Assembly (NCBI GenBank): GCA_027623675.1
Contig: JAQBVF010000005.1
Location: 32,001 to 96,000 of the forward strand
Source of the DNA: Chloroflexota bacterium
Lineage (GTDB): Bacteria > Chloroflexota > Dehalococcoidia > Lucifugimonadales > UBA3495
Reading direction: 5' to 3'
DNA length: 64,000 nucleotides
Translations under genes and position numbers: made by a program
In this document: positions 48,643-58,348 of the stretch, piece after piece
How the letters are laid out: each line of letters begins with the position of its first letter
Numbering within the stretch: the stretch's first letter is position 1
The notes under the pieces: generated by a model
Databases searched by the model: none
What the model was told of the DNA's origin: nothing
What the model saw: the letters and a program-made list of their open reading frames with translations, nothing else

Positions 48643-48947
48643 CCCATAAATGGAGGAGAACATGAAAAACGCCGAATTCTGGATGAGCTGTGCCGAGGCT
48701 CCCATTGTATTGTTCTTTGTTGCCATGACCATAGTGGGTCTTTCCGAGACGCTGGCAGGTCGAGGAATAAACCCAATCACAATCCAGATCGCGGGGCTTT
48801 TTCTCATGCTGATTGTGGCCGCGAGATCCATTCATAAGGTTATAGACTATTGGCGTGGCAAAAACATAGATTCGGAATCTGCCCTCTAGAGGCCCCCGGC
48901 GGCACGGTCTTCTGCCGCTACGCCAACCTGGGGTTCGAGTGGACGGG
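48559..48947 (+). repeat. 56-bp direct repeat (48559-48614 / 48892-48947), 54/56 identical
   Basis: GCCCCCGGCGGCACGGTCTTCTGCCGCTACGCCAACCT(T/G)GG(A/G)TTCGAGTGGACGGG. Confidence 0.95.
48662..48889 (+). CDS. Small AT-rich 2-TM protein between the direct repeats
   Basis: GGAGGA RBS, 75 aa, two hydrophobic segments. Confidence 0.65.
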   Translation: MKNAEFWMSCAEAPIVLFFVAMTIVGLSETLAGRGINPITIQIAGLFLMLIVAARSIHKVIDYWRGKNIDSESAL

Positions 48948-49290
48948 TGTTTAGCTTTCTGGAGTTGGGCAAAGCCTCCTTATGGACAATTAGCCTCTGG
49001 CCCCAAACGTTTCTGGTAGAGCCGTAAAGCCCCCAAAGATATGCGAAGGACGGCTCGTCCAGACCATGCGCTGGCAGAGACCGGGCCACGAGTTCAGACA
49101 CTATCAATCAGGTGCGGGTTTACCCCGAATCTGCGTTCTTTCTGGAAAGGGGTGGCCAAGCGGCACAAACGGCGTTTCGTCTATGGTAAAATTCTGCGCA
49201 AACGCGCACCTGACGAGCCCGCTCTGAGGCTAAACTCACCGGGCTGCCCGTTAGATGTACCGGGCAGACCCTTGGAAAGCGAACCACCAG

Positions 49291-50088
49291 ATGGCGACCA
49301 TTCGGTTCACGATAAAAAGATATCCCCTCTTAGGTGTCTGGCTGTCCCATTTCTTTGAGCTAGGCATCGTGGCGGGCGGGTATTTCGCCTATATGTACAC
49401 GAAGTCGTTGGTGTTTTCCGACTTCCAGACAACCGCATTCAACAACGCCTGGCGGGTGATTAAATTCGAGAGCGATTTGGGGATATTCTGGGAACCGGTG
49501 ATGCAGGCTTGGGCCATAGATAGCGCCAAAGCCATGGTGGTGTTCTTCAACTGGGCCTACATCGTCACCTTCTGGCCGATAATCCTCACCACGGCCGTGA
49601 TCCTATATTTCACCAACCGGACCAAGTACCGGTACTACAGAAACGTGGTGTTGGTTAGCTTCGCGATCGCCGTGGTCGCCTTCATGGTCTTCCCGCTGGC
49701 CCCGCCGCGGATGATGGCCCTGTATTTCATCGACACCATCCAGGTCTTCGGCCCCTCCGAGTATGCCAGCCGCGAGATGGTCAACTACTTCAACGCCTTC
49801 GCCGCGATGCCCAGTCTCCACTTTGCCTGGACGGTCATGTTCGGACTGCTTTTCTTGAAGACGCCGTACCTCTGGCTCAAGATATTGGGCGTCATCTACC
49901 CGACGATGACGTTTTTCGCCATCACGATCACCGCCAACCATTACATGACCGATGCCTTGGGCGGCGGACTGGTTATCTTGAGCTCCTACCTGATCGTGGA
50001 AATCGGGTTCAAACGGCGCTTCTTCATCCCGCAGATCGCCAACCGGGTGAGGCGGCGGAACGGCTCCGGCACCTCCTTGCCCGTCTAG
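49291..50088 (+). CDS. PAP2/Aur1-like (inositol phosphorylceramide synthase-like) membrane phosphoesterase
   Basis: FPLAPPR, AAMPSLH..W, TANHY..D..GG; start uncertain. Confidence 0.88.
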   Translation: MATIRFTIKRYPLLGVWLSHFFELGIVAGGYFAYMYTKSLVFSDFQTTAFNNAWRVIKFESDLGIFWEPVMQAWAIDSAKAMVVFFNWAYIVTFWPIILTTAVILYFTNRTKYRYYRNVVLVSFAIAVVAFMVFPLAPPRMMALYFIDTIQVFGPSEYASREMVNYFNAFAAMPSLHFAWTVMFGLLFLKTPYLWLKILGVIYPTMTFFAITITANHYMTDALGGGLVILSSYLIVEIGFKRRFFIPQIANRVRRRNGSGTSLPV

Positions 50089-50272
50089 GTCCCGGCGTTC
50101 CGGCCTCACAGCACCTACGTGGGCGGAGCTTGGGTTGCTTTAGAGCACCCGTTTATTCGGCCAACCATCCGGCGTGATTCCGGCTCGTTTGGTCCGATTG
50201 CCGGCCAGTCAATTTTCATCGAGTGCTTCATCGAGTGCTTCATCGAGTGAACGAAGGACGCCTGCATCCACC

Positions 50273-51019
50273 ATGACCACCACAGGGCCGAGAAATGGCA
50301 GTTTGCTGGTGCACGGCGGCAGCTCTTCAGGGCAGCTAGACCGAGAAACCATCGCCAGATTCGTCGCCCTCGCCGGCGGCCCGGGGAGTGACGTTGTCTA
50401 CATCCCGACCGCCGAGGAAGAGACAAAGCTTTCGCAGAAGAATGGCGACACCGGCCGGTTCCACGGCCTGAACTCCACCGTGCTCCACACCCGCGACCAG
50501 GGCCAAGCCAACTCGGACTCTTTCGTAGAACCCATACGGAAAGCCAGGGCTGTTTTCATCGAAGGCGGCCGGCAGCCAAGGCTTGCCGAGTCGTACTTGA
50601 ACACCAAGACACATCAGGAGCTTGAGAGCCTTCTGGAGCGCGGCGGCGTGGTCGCGGGAACGTCGGCGGGGGCCACCATGATAGGCTCGTTCCTCATCAG
50701 GAACCAAGGCGCTCCCGGCTATGACCCCGACGTGGTGTTGGACCCGGACCACCCCTCAGAAGGATTTGGCTTCTTGAGGAACGTGGCCATCGACCAGCAT
50801 ATCTCGGCGAGGGGCCGCGAGCACGACCTGGTACCGGTGATCGAATCTCACCCTGGATTGCTGGGCATCGGGATCGACGAATACACCGCCATCCACGTCC
50901 GGGGCGGCGAGTTTGAAGTTATCGGCGAGGGCCAGGTTTACATCCACGACGGCGTTGTTCCCTGGTATATGCTTACCCGCGGGGCCAGGTTTGACCTGAG
51001 GGCCATGCGCGCCATCTGA
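50273..51019 (+). CDS. Cyanophycinase-like peptidase S51
   Basis: IPTA, GG.Q.RL, GTSAGA, IDQH...R.R, GIGIDE.TA. Confidence 0.9.
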   Translation: MTTTGPRNGSLLVHGGSSSGQLDRETIARFVALAGGPGSDVVYIPTAEEETKLSQKNGDTGRFHGLNSTVLHTRDQGQANSDSFVEPIRKARAVFIEGGRQPRLAESYLNTKTHQELESLLERGGVVAGTSAGATMIGSFLIRNQGAPGYDPDVVLDPDHPSEGFGFLRNVAIDQHISARGREHDLVPVIESHPGLLGIGIDEYTAIHVRGGEFEVIGEGQVYIHDGVVPWYMLTRGARFDLRAMRAI

Positions 51020-51113
51020 CCGGGATTCCCGCTCGCTACCGACCGGTTCGGCCCGCCGTGCTACGCCGCCGTATGCTAAAATTTCTGGTGGACCGGTCTT
51101 TCGGCCCGAACGT

Positions 51114-51188
51114 GGGGGTGTAGCTCAGCGGGAGAGCACCTGCTTTGCATGCAGGGGGCCAGGGGTTCGATCCCCCTCACCTCCACCA
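51114..51188 (+). tRNA. tRNA-Ala (TGC)
   Basis: GGGGGTG/CACCTCC acceptor with G3:U70, anticodon TGC at 51146-51148, TTCGA T-loop, encoded CCA. Confidence 0.97.
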
Positions 51189-51276
51189 ATCTTCACTTTT
51201 TCTCCATTAACTAATAACTAACTTAACGTCCGTTCACGGTTTCACATTCCGGCGATCATAGGCGCGAGGTGCGGTG

Positions 51277-52968
51277 ATGCCTGGCGAACTCGACCTTCGG
51301 ACCACCATCGGCGACTTGCTCGACTCCCAAGCGGCGCGGTAGGGAGACCGGGAAGCGTTGGTCCACGTCGAAGCTGGGACGCGGTTCACCTACACCGGGT
51401 TCAAGGCAGAGTGCGACCGGGTGGCCCGCGGGCTGATGGCTCTGGGCATCGAAAAAGGCCAGCACGTGGGCATCTGGGTCACCAACTACTCCGAATGGGT
51501 GGTCGCCCAATTCGCCACCGCCAAGATCGGCGCGGTGTTGGTCACCGTCAATCCCTCCTACCGGACCCACGAACTCCAGTACGTCCTAGAGCAATCAGAG
51601 GCCGATGCGCTGATACTCATCGGCCGGTTCCGGTCCTCCGATTACGTGGAGATGGCCAACGAGGTCATAACCGAGCTGAAAGACTCCGCACCCGGCGAAC
51701 TGCACTGCGCCAAGCTGCCCCATCTGCGAAACGTCATATTCATCCCGCCGCCATCAGATCCCCAGGTCAAGACGCCCAACGGCATGTGGTCCTGGGAAGA
51801 CGTGCGCCGGAAGTCGTCGGAGGTCGGTGAGCCGGCGCTGGCGCAGCGTCAGGCGGCCTGCGACCCCGGCGACACCATCAACATCCAGTACACGTCGGGA
51901 ACCACCGGCAACCCCAAGGGCGCCATGCTCACTCACCACAACCTGGTGGCCAACGGGTATTACACCGGCGAGGGCATGAGATTCACCGAGGAAGACCGCC
52001 TCTGCATCCCGGTGCCCTTCTACCATTGTTTCGGCTGCGTGCTCGGCAACCTGGCCTGCGTGACCCACGGCTCCACCATGGTCATCCCATCGGAATATTT
52101 CGAGCCGCTCAAGGTCCTGCAAGCGGTGCAGCAAGAGAGGTGCACCGCCCTCCACGGCGTGCCCACCATGTTCATCGCCCAGTTGGGCCACGAACGGTTC
52201 GCCGATTTCGACCTCAGTTCCCTGCGCACCGGCATGATGGCCGGTTCCCCCTGTCCCATCGAGGTGATGCGCCAGGTGGTGGACCGGATGGGCGCCAGGG
52301 AGATTACCATCGGCTATGGCCAGACGGAGGCGTCTCCGGTGATTACCCTCACCCGCACCGAGGACACCCTGGAACGCCGGGTCAGCACCGTCGGCACTGT
52401 CCTGCCCAACGTGGAGGTCAAGCTGGTGGACCCGGAGACTGGCGTCGAAACTCCAACCGGAGAGCAGGGCGAACTGCTGACCCGCAGCTTCATGGTGATG
52501 AAGGGTTACTACAACCTGCCCGAGGCCACCGCCGCCGCCATCGATGGGGACGGCTGGCTCCACACCGGGGACCTGGCTACCGTGGACGAAGCCGGCTACT
52601 ACCGCATCACCGGCCGGCTGAAAGACATGATTATCCGGGGCGGCGAGAACGTTTATCCTCGGGAGGTCGAGGAGTTCCTCTACACCCACCCCAAGATCGC
52701 CGATGTCCAGGTGATCGGCGTGCCCGACGAACGGTTCGTGGAGGAGGTCATGGCCTGGGTGATGCCCAAGCCGGGAGAGACCATCGACGCCGAAGAGATC
52801 AGGGATTTCTGCCGGGGTAAGATCGCCCACTACAAGATCCCCCGCTACATCAAGACAGCCACGGAATTCCCTATGACGGTGACCGGAAAGATACAGAAGT
52901 TCCGCATGCGCGAGATGGCGATAGACGAACTGGGTTTACATAAAGCGGCCGGGATGGAAACGGCCTGA
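51277..52968 (+). pseudogene. AMP-binding acyl-CoA synthetase with in-frame TAG at codon 22 (51340-51342)
   Basis: MPGELDLRTTIGDLLDSQAAR*GDREALVH; rest intact (YTSGTTGNPKG, YGQTE, TGDL, TGKIQK). Confidence 0.75.
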
Positions 52969-53068
52969 CCGCGGCGCCGCGCCAGCCTTTCGCCGCCCAT
53001 TATCACTTCTCCTACAACCCGCCCCAGGCGGTGTAAGATAGCCCGGACTCCGGCGAAAGGAATGACCC

Positions 53069-54202
53069 ATGCCCAGCGAACTTGACCCGTCTGGTAGCCA
53101 CGCGAAGTCCAGAAAACAACTTGACCGCAACAAACTGAGCCTCGGCCTGTTCGGCGCCAATTGCTCCGGCGGCCTGGCAGTCACCACCGTTCCCGAGCGA
53201 TGGGAAGCGAGTTGGGAGAACAACCAGAAACTTGCCCGTATGGCCGATGACGCCGGCCTGGATTTCATGCTGCCGCTGGGCCGTTGGAAGGGATACGGCG
53301 GTGTTACCGAACATAACGCATCCAACTTTGAGAGCCTGACCTGGGCGACCGGCATCCTGGCCAGCACCAGCAACATCATGGCTTTCGGCACGGTCCACGT
53401 CTCGGTATTCAACCCGGTGGTTGCCGCCAAGCAGATGGTCACGGCCGACCATGTGGGCCAGGGGCGGTTCGGACTCAACATCGTCTGCGGCTGGAATTTC
53501 GATGAGTTCGACATGCTGGGCGTCAATCTCGCCCAGCACGACGACCGGTACGATCAGGGGCAAGAATGGATCGACGTCATCACCAGGGCGTGGTCTTGCG
53601 ACGAGCCCTTTGACTACGAAGGCAGGTTCTATCAGGTCCGCCAGACCGACATCAACCCCAAGCCCTACGGCCATGAGCGGCCGCTGATCGTCTGCGCCGG
53701 AAACTCGCCCAGGGGCAGGGAGTTCGCGGCCCGCAACGCCGACATGATGTTCACCAACCTGCGGAGCGAACTGGACGAGGTGCCCGCCAACACCGCGGCG
53801 CTCAAGAAGATGGCTGCGGGATACCACCGGGAGATCGGGGTGTTTTCCAACGTCGCCGTGATCTGCCGCCCGACCCGGAAAGAGGCGGAGGAGTATTTCC
53901 GGTATTACGCGGTGGAGAACGCCGACCACGATGCGGTTGAGAACATGATAATTGGAAGAGGGCTGAAGAAGCCGGGCGTGCCGGAGGACGTTATACAGGC
54001 GGCAAGGCTCCGCGCGGCCGGCGGCAACGGTGCGATGCCGATCATCGGCGGACCGGACGAGGTGGTGGCAACGATGAAACGCCTATCCGAGTCGGGGGTG
54101 ACGGCCCTGGCCATCGGACTGACCAACTACCTGGAGCATTTCCCCTACTTCCGAGATGAGGTGCTGCCACGGCTGGTCCGCCAAGGGCTGCGCGCCGAGT
54201 AA
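53069..54202 (+). CDS. LLM-class monooxygenase (RutA/SsuD-like)
   Basis: GLFGANCSGG, RWKGYGG, PV.AAKQ..T.DH...GRFGLNIVCGWN. Confidence 0.92.
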   Translation: MPSELDPSGSHAKSRKQLDRNKLSLGLFGANCSGGLAVTTVPERWEASWENNQKLARMADDAGLDFMLPLGRWKGYGGVTEHNASNFESLTWATGILASTSNIMAFGTVHVSVFNPVVAAKQMVTADHVGQGRFGLNIVCGWNFDEFDMLGVNLAQHDDRYDQGQEWIDVITRAWSCDEPFDYEGRFYQVRQTDINPKPYGHERPLIVCAGNSPRGREFAARNADMMFTNLRSELDEVPANTAALKKMAAGYHREIGVFSNVAVICRPTRKEAEEYFRYYAVENADHDAVENMIIGRGLKKPGVPEDVIQAARLRAAGGNGAMPIIGGPDEVVATMKRLSESGVTALAIGLTNYLEHFPYFRDEVLPRLVRQGLRAE

Positions 54203-54221
54203 CTGACTGCTAGGCCTTCTG

Positions 54222-55376
54222 CTAGATACGTCCGTTCGGCTCCAACCCCAGAGCAACTCGGCCATACTGCAGCCCGCCCAACTCCATGATGAAGCCGTCG
54301 CGGCGGACCGCGGCCTGTATGTCCCGGTGGTGGCGCTGGAAGGCCGACGAATCGAATATGGCGTGGCCTCCGCTGAGTTCGAAAAGCCGGTTGACGGAGC
54401 TAAGGCAGGACTGGGCGACGAACGCCTTGTCCCGGCGAAAACGTGCCCGCTCCAGCGTGCTGAACGCCTCACCGTTGCGGGCCTTCTTAAACGTCTCCCG
54501 GATGTCGGCCCGCATCAGGGCGCGCGCCGCATCAAGCTCGGCCGATGACTGGGAGAGCCGCACCTGAACACCCTCAGAGTCCGCGGTGCGGCCCGGTCCC
54601 GATGTGCCGGTGAGCCGCTGGGTGAACTCGTCAATCATGGCCATGGTGATGCCGATCATCGGGGCAACCAGGTCCCATCCCAACAAGACCAGAGCCGGCA
54701 TGCGGTAGCGGTCGTCCTGGTGGATATCCCAACCGGTCCAGTCCCCGTCTCCGGCTTTCCTGCTTTCCGTGACCCGGTGACCGGGAACAAAGACGTCCTC
54801 CACGACGATGTCTTTGCTTCCGGTGCCCTTGAGGCCGGAGACGAACCAGGTGTCTATGATTTCATAATCGGAGCGTGGCAGCAGCATCCACACCAGACCG
54901 CCGGGTGTGTTTCCGCCCAGCATCACCCAGGCGGCGGCATCGCTCCCGCTGGAGAACTTCCAATGCCCGGAGAGCCGGTACCCTCCGGTCACCTTCTCCA
55001 ACGTCGAAACGCCCGGGTTCAGGGAACTGGAGCAGAGGACATCGGGGCCGTCCCCGAAAACTTCCTGCTGTGCTTCGAGCGGCCAGAATCCAATCAGCCA
55101 CGAGTGGGCCGACCAGATGCTGTAGCACCAACCGGTGGAGGCGCAGCCGCTGGACAGCACTGCACCGGCCTCAAGCATGGATCCGTATTCGACGTCCAGC
55201 CCGCCGAACCTCCGAGGAACTCCGATCCGGTGCAGACCAGACGCCAATATGTCCTGGACCGATTCATCCGGGACCCGGCGCAGCAACTCAGTGTGGGCCG
55301 CCCGTTCTTTGAGGCCTGGTACCATGGCCGACGCTCTTTTAAGGAGTTCGTCCAGAGTCAGGGCTTGGTCAGCCAT
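54222..55376 (-). CDS. Acyl-CoA-dehydrogenase-fold flavin monooxygenase (HsaA/HpaH C2-like)
   Basis: P..FGG, LSG.W.FSSG.D.A.W, DTW.V.GL.GTGS, QR..RD. Confidence 0.9.
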   Translation of the reverse strand: MADQALTLDELLKRASAMVPGLKERAAHTELLRRVPDESVQDILASGLHRIGVPRRFGGLDVEYGSMLEAGAVLSSGCASTGWCYSIWSAHSWLIGFWPLEAQQEVFGDGPDVLCSSSLNPGVSTLEKVTGGYRLSGHWKFSSGSDAAAWVMLGGNTPGGLVWMLLPRSDYEIIDTWFVSGLKGTGSKDIVVEDVFVPGHRVTESRKAGDGDWTGWDIHQDDRYRMPALVLLGWDLVAPMIGITMAMIDEFTQRLTGTSGPGRTADSEGVQVRLSQSSAELDAARALMRADIRETFKKARNGEAFSTLERARFRRDKAFVAQSCLSSVNRLFELSGGHAIFDSSAFQRHHRDIQAAVRRDGFIMELGGLQYGRVALGLEPNGRI

Positions 55377-55408
55377 TGGTCCCCTCAGTCACGGTTGGCT
55401 CCAGCCTC

Positions 55409-55846
55409 CTAGCTGGCGGGCTCTGCGATGAAGACCGGGATCACGCGGTCGGTCTTGTCTTGGTATTCCTGGTACGGCGGGTAGGCTTCGACGGCTATGT
55501 CCCACAGCCGCTTCCGCTCGGACGCGTCTACCACCTCTCTCACCCGCATGGAATGGACCGCCGTCTTGTCGCGAATCTCAACGTTGGGGTCCGCCTTCAG
55601 GTTGTAATACCACACCGGGTGTTTGGGCGAGCCGCCCTGGGACGCCACCAGGATATAGTTGCCGCCGTCCACCGCCCGCATCAGGGGGGTCTTTCGGATG
55701 GCGCCCGTCTTGTTGCCTTGGTTGGTTACGATGATGACCGGCAGCCCGGTGTCTCTAAGGGTCAGGCCCTGGGTGCCCTGGCTGCCTTCATATAATTCCA
55801 CCTGATCTCTGACCCACTCGCGGGCGCTGGGTATGTATTCAGCCAT
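55409..55846 (-). CDS. Deazaflavin (F420)-dependent nitroreductase-family oxidoreductase (Ddn-like)
   Basis: G.KTG.IRKTPL, VAS.GG.PKHP.WY.NL.A.P, Y..YQ.KT.R.IPV. Confidence 0.93.
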   Translation of the reverse strand: MAEYIPSAREWVRDQVELYEGSQGTQGLTLRDTGLPVIIVTNQGNKTGAIRKTPLMRAVDGGNYILVASQGGSPKHPVWYYNLKADPNVEIRDKTAVHSMRVREVVDASERKRLWDIAVEAYPPYQEYQDKTDRVIPVFIAEPAS

Positions 55847-55876
55847 CGTGATCACCTCTTCGATCTTCGGAACGGT

Positions 55877-56587
55877 CTAGTGTTCGGCGGCGTCCGACGC
55901 CACGGGGTTGAACGTCACCCGAAGCACGGGTGCGTTGGACTCGTTGCGCCATTGGTGCAGGGTATCCGGCGGGACCAGTATGGCGTCGCCCTCGGTTACG
56001 GCGTAGTCAATGCCGCCGCAGGCCAGGACGCCCGTGCCTTCCAGCACATAGACCACATGCTCCCACGCGTGGGTGTGGCCGCCGGTCTCGGGATGGCTCA
56101 CCGCGCCCGGGGCCATGGCGCCGTTATACAGCATCACGTAGGTGGGCACGCCGTCGTTCAAGCCAAGGATGCGGCTGCCGGTTTGGGCGTTCAGGTCGGC
56201 GAAGTTGCGGATGACCGGGGCTTCGCCTGTGCCGGCGCCGCCGTTGTTGCCGGCGCCTCCGCTCTGGGCCGCGATCAGCGGGTTGATCTCGACGCGGCGG
56301 ATGTTACCCTTGCCGCCGTCATTCAGGGTGTAGTGGTCCACATTGCCGGGGATATACATGGCATCGCCGGCTTTCACCGGGTACTCCTTGCCGTCGCAGT
56401 GGAGAGTGCCAACGCCCTCCATGATGTAGACCTCGTGCTCCCACTTGTGGATGTGGTGAGAGCTGGTCTTGCCCGGCTCGATCACCGAGTAGCTCATGGT
56501 GCAGGTGGGCGGGTTGTCGTCCAGGGAGATGAGACGGGCCGGCTGGCCTGGCTCGAAGGTTCTGAAATTTCTGATCACTGGTTCCAT
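55877..56587 (-). CDS. Bicupin protein
   Basis: Two H.H.WEH..Y..EG.G ... GDA...P...H repeats. Confidence 0.9.
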   Translation of the reverse strand: MEPVIRNFRTFEPGQPARLISLDDNPPTCTMSYSVIEPGKTSSHHIHKWEHEVYIMEGVGTLHCDGKEYPVKAGDAMYIPGNVDHYTLNDGGKGNIRRVEINPLIAAQSGGAGNNGGAGTGEAPVIRNFADLNAQTGSRILGLNDGVPTYVMLYNGAMAPGAVSHPETGGHTHAWEHVVYVLEGTGVLACGGIDYAVTEGDAILVPPDTLHQWRNESNAPVLRVTFNPVASDAAEH

Positions 56588-56755
56588 GGTGGCGGCTCCT
56601 TGTTCGGATATTCGTTACTAGTATAGCGGCAGAATCTTGCCGCAACGGAAGGCGCTCTCGCGGTCCAGTCAAGATTAATCGGACTGCCACTGGATATCAA
56701 CAGGGCGGGGTTAACGCGCCAGGGTTTTTCCAATATGACTTAATCGTCGATCTCG

Positions 56756-56859
56756 CCGCTCAGCCTGAGGCTCTCGAAGGGACGGCGCCGGTCTAGGTGC
56801 TGGTCAAGAGAAACAGGGTCCAACCCCAAAGGGTGGTTCGTTAGGCTCACCATGAGCGG
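56756..56859. repeat. Inverted pair of REP-like units (REPIN-like)
   Basis: CCGCTCAGCCTGAGGCTCTCGAAGGGAC ... GGTTCGTTAGGCTCACCATGAGCGG. Confidence 0.65.
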
Positions 56860-56897
56860 CCATGTTACCTAAATGTTCTCGATGACAAAAACCCTGG

Positions 56898-58193
56898 TTA
56901 ATGGGCTGGGGCCATGCCGGCGCCCGAGGGCCTTCGCTCCCTGATGGTGAATACCGTCACAGTGGCGATGATCAAGAGGATGATGTTGCTCCAGATGGCG
57001 ATGTCGTAGGTGCCTCGGGAGTCGTAGAGCAGCCCGCCCAGGTAAGCGCCTAAGCCCGAACCCAGGGGCATCACGGCGAACATGGCACCGTAGATGGTGC
57101 CAAGTTTGGTGGTCCCGAACCGGTCTGAGGCATAGGCCGCGGTGATGGAAACCACGGCATTCCAGGAGAACCCCACCAGCAGCACCCCGGCGAGCAACAC
57201 GCCGATGCCAAGAGATGGAACATTGAGGAACGGTATCCCCATGGAGAGCAACACGAGGATGAAACCCAATGCCCTGAGATTGTAGGAAAAGCTCAGGTAG
57301 ATCCGCCGGCCGTGTCCGTCCGAAAGGTGTCCCAATACCAGCGCCCCGGCGATGGCGGCGGCGCCGATCAAGCTGAACGCTCCGGCGGCCACCATCTTGT
57401 GGTAGCCCAGGTCCTGCACGTAGGTGACGAAATGAGCGTTCACGAAGCTCATGGAATAGCCTCAAACGAAGTATCCCAAGGTTAGCCGGTAGAACAGAGG
57501 GGTATGGAACGCTTCCCGGACAGTTGCGTCCCGCCCCAGTAATTTCTCCCCATCAGACCTGGCTTGATGGCCGGCGGTTGTGCCGGCCCCAAACGGTTCC
57601 AACCCCATGTCCTGAGGCTTGTTTCGAATCAGCAGGAGCCCGGCGGGCAGCACCAGCACCAACAGCAACAAGCCTAAGAACCAGTAGGCATCTTTCCAGT
57701 CGAAGAGCACGAGGAAGAGCGAAGCTGCCGGTACCAGGATCATCGCCCCGAACGAACCCGCGCCGCTGACCAGCCCCATGGTCAGACCCCTGCGGGTGTG
57801 GAACCAGCTGCCGACCACTTTCGTCAGAATAGGGCCGGTGCCGAGGGTGATGCCGATGCTCATGATGGCGAACAGGGCGTAGAGCTGGCCCAAGCTCTCG
57901 ATGAACGGTATGAACAACAGTATCGTTCCCATCACCGCCACGCCGGAGAGCATGGCCGTCTTGGCGCTGTAGCGGTCGGCCAGATACCCCGCCAACGGAC
58001 GCAGCAGGCCAGAGATCATGAAGGTCAGGGCGAAGGCCAGCGAGAGGGAGCCGCGGCTCCAGCCGAACTCCTCGGTCATCGGCTTGAGAAAGACGCCGAA
58101 CGAGAACTGGCCGCCGGCAACCCCGAACGACACCAGCACGCATCCCGCCACCACGAACCAGCCGTAGAAATACTTCCGGCCGAATAATCTCAT
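56898..58193 (-). CDS. MFS transporter (431 aa) with in-frame TGA at 57462-57464, putative Sec
   Basis: Both ORF halves share a frame; LGYFV-TGA-GYSMSF; MFS motif A in both halves (G.LADRY, G.LSD..GRR). Confidence 0.8.
57432..57452 (-). promoter_or_regulatory. Candidate SECIS hairpin
   Basis: UGA+9 nt: ATGAGC-TTC-GT-GAA-C-GCTCAT, apical G at +19. Confidence 0.5.
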
Positions 58194-58265
58194 TCTTGGC
58201 TCTCCGCGGTTATACAGCTGGACCGGTCCGGGATTCCTCGTTTGTTTCGGGAAACTACCTGTTGC

Positions 58266-58295
58266 AAGCCGGGAATCACAAATGATTCCCGGCTT
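58266..58295. other. Perfect 13-bp-stem hairpin between rhodanese and MFS
   Basis: AAGCCGGGAATCA-CAAA-TGATTCCCGGCTT; no U-tract. Confidence 0.7.
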
Positions 58296-58348
58296 CGCTT
58301 AAACCTTAGCGAAACATTAGTGATCTTGGTTGAGGTCTGGCCGCCCCG

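Noticed and set aside
48559..48947. DGR template/variable repeat pair
   Set aside because: Only two differences, both synonymous and not at template adenines; no reverse transcriptase in the window
51114..51260. Island integrated at tRNA-Ala
   Set aside because: No integrase and no duplicate of the tRNA 3' end noticed in the window
51340..51342. Pyrrolysine codon
   Set aside because: Non-catalytic N-terminal position; no pyl genes or methylamine methyltransferases seen; many genes use TAG as stop
27519..57464. Genome-wide UGA reassignment (code 4/25) to explain the two in-frame TGAs
   Set aside because: pyrC, carA, purS, Trm112 and others end in TGA at their expected lengths, and Trp is encoded by TGG throughout
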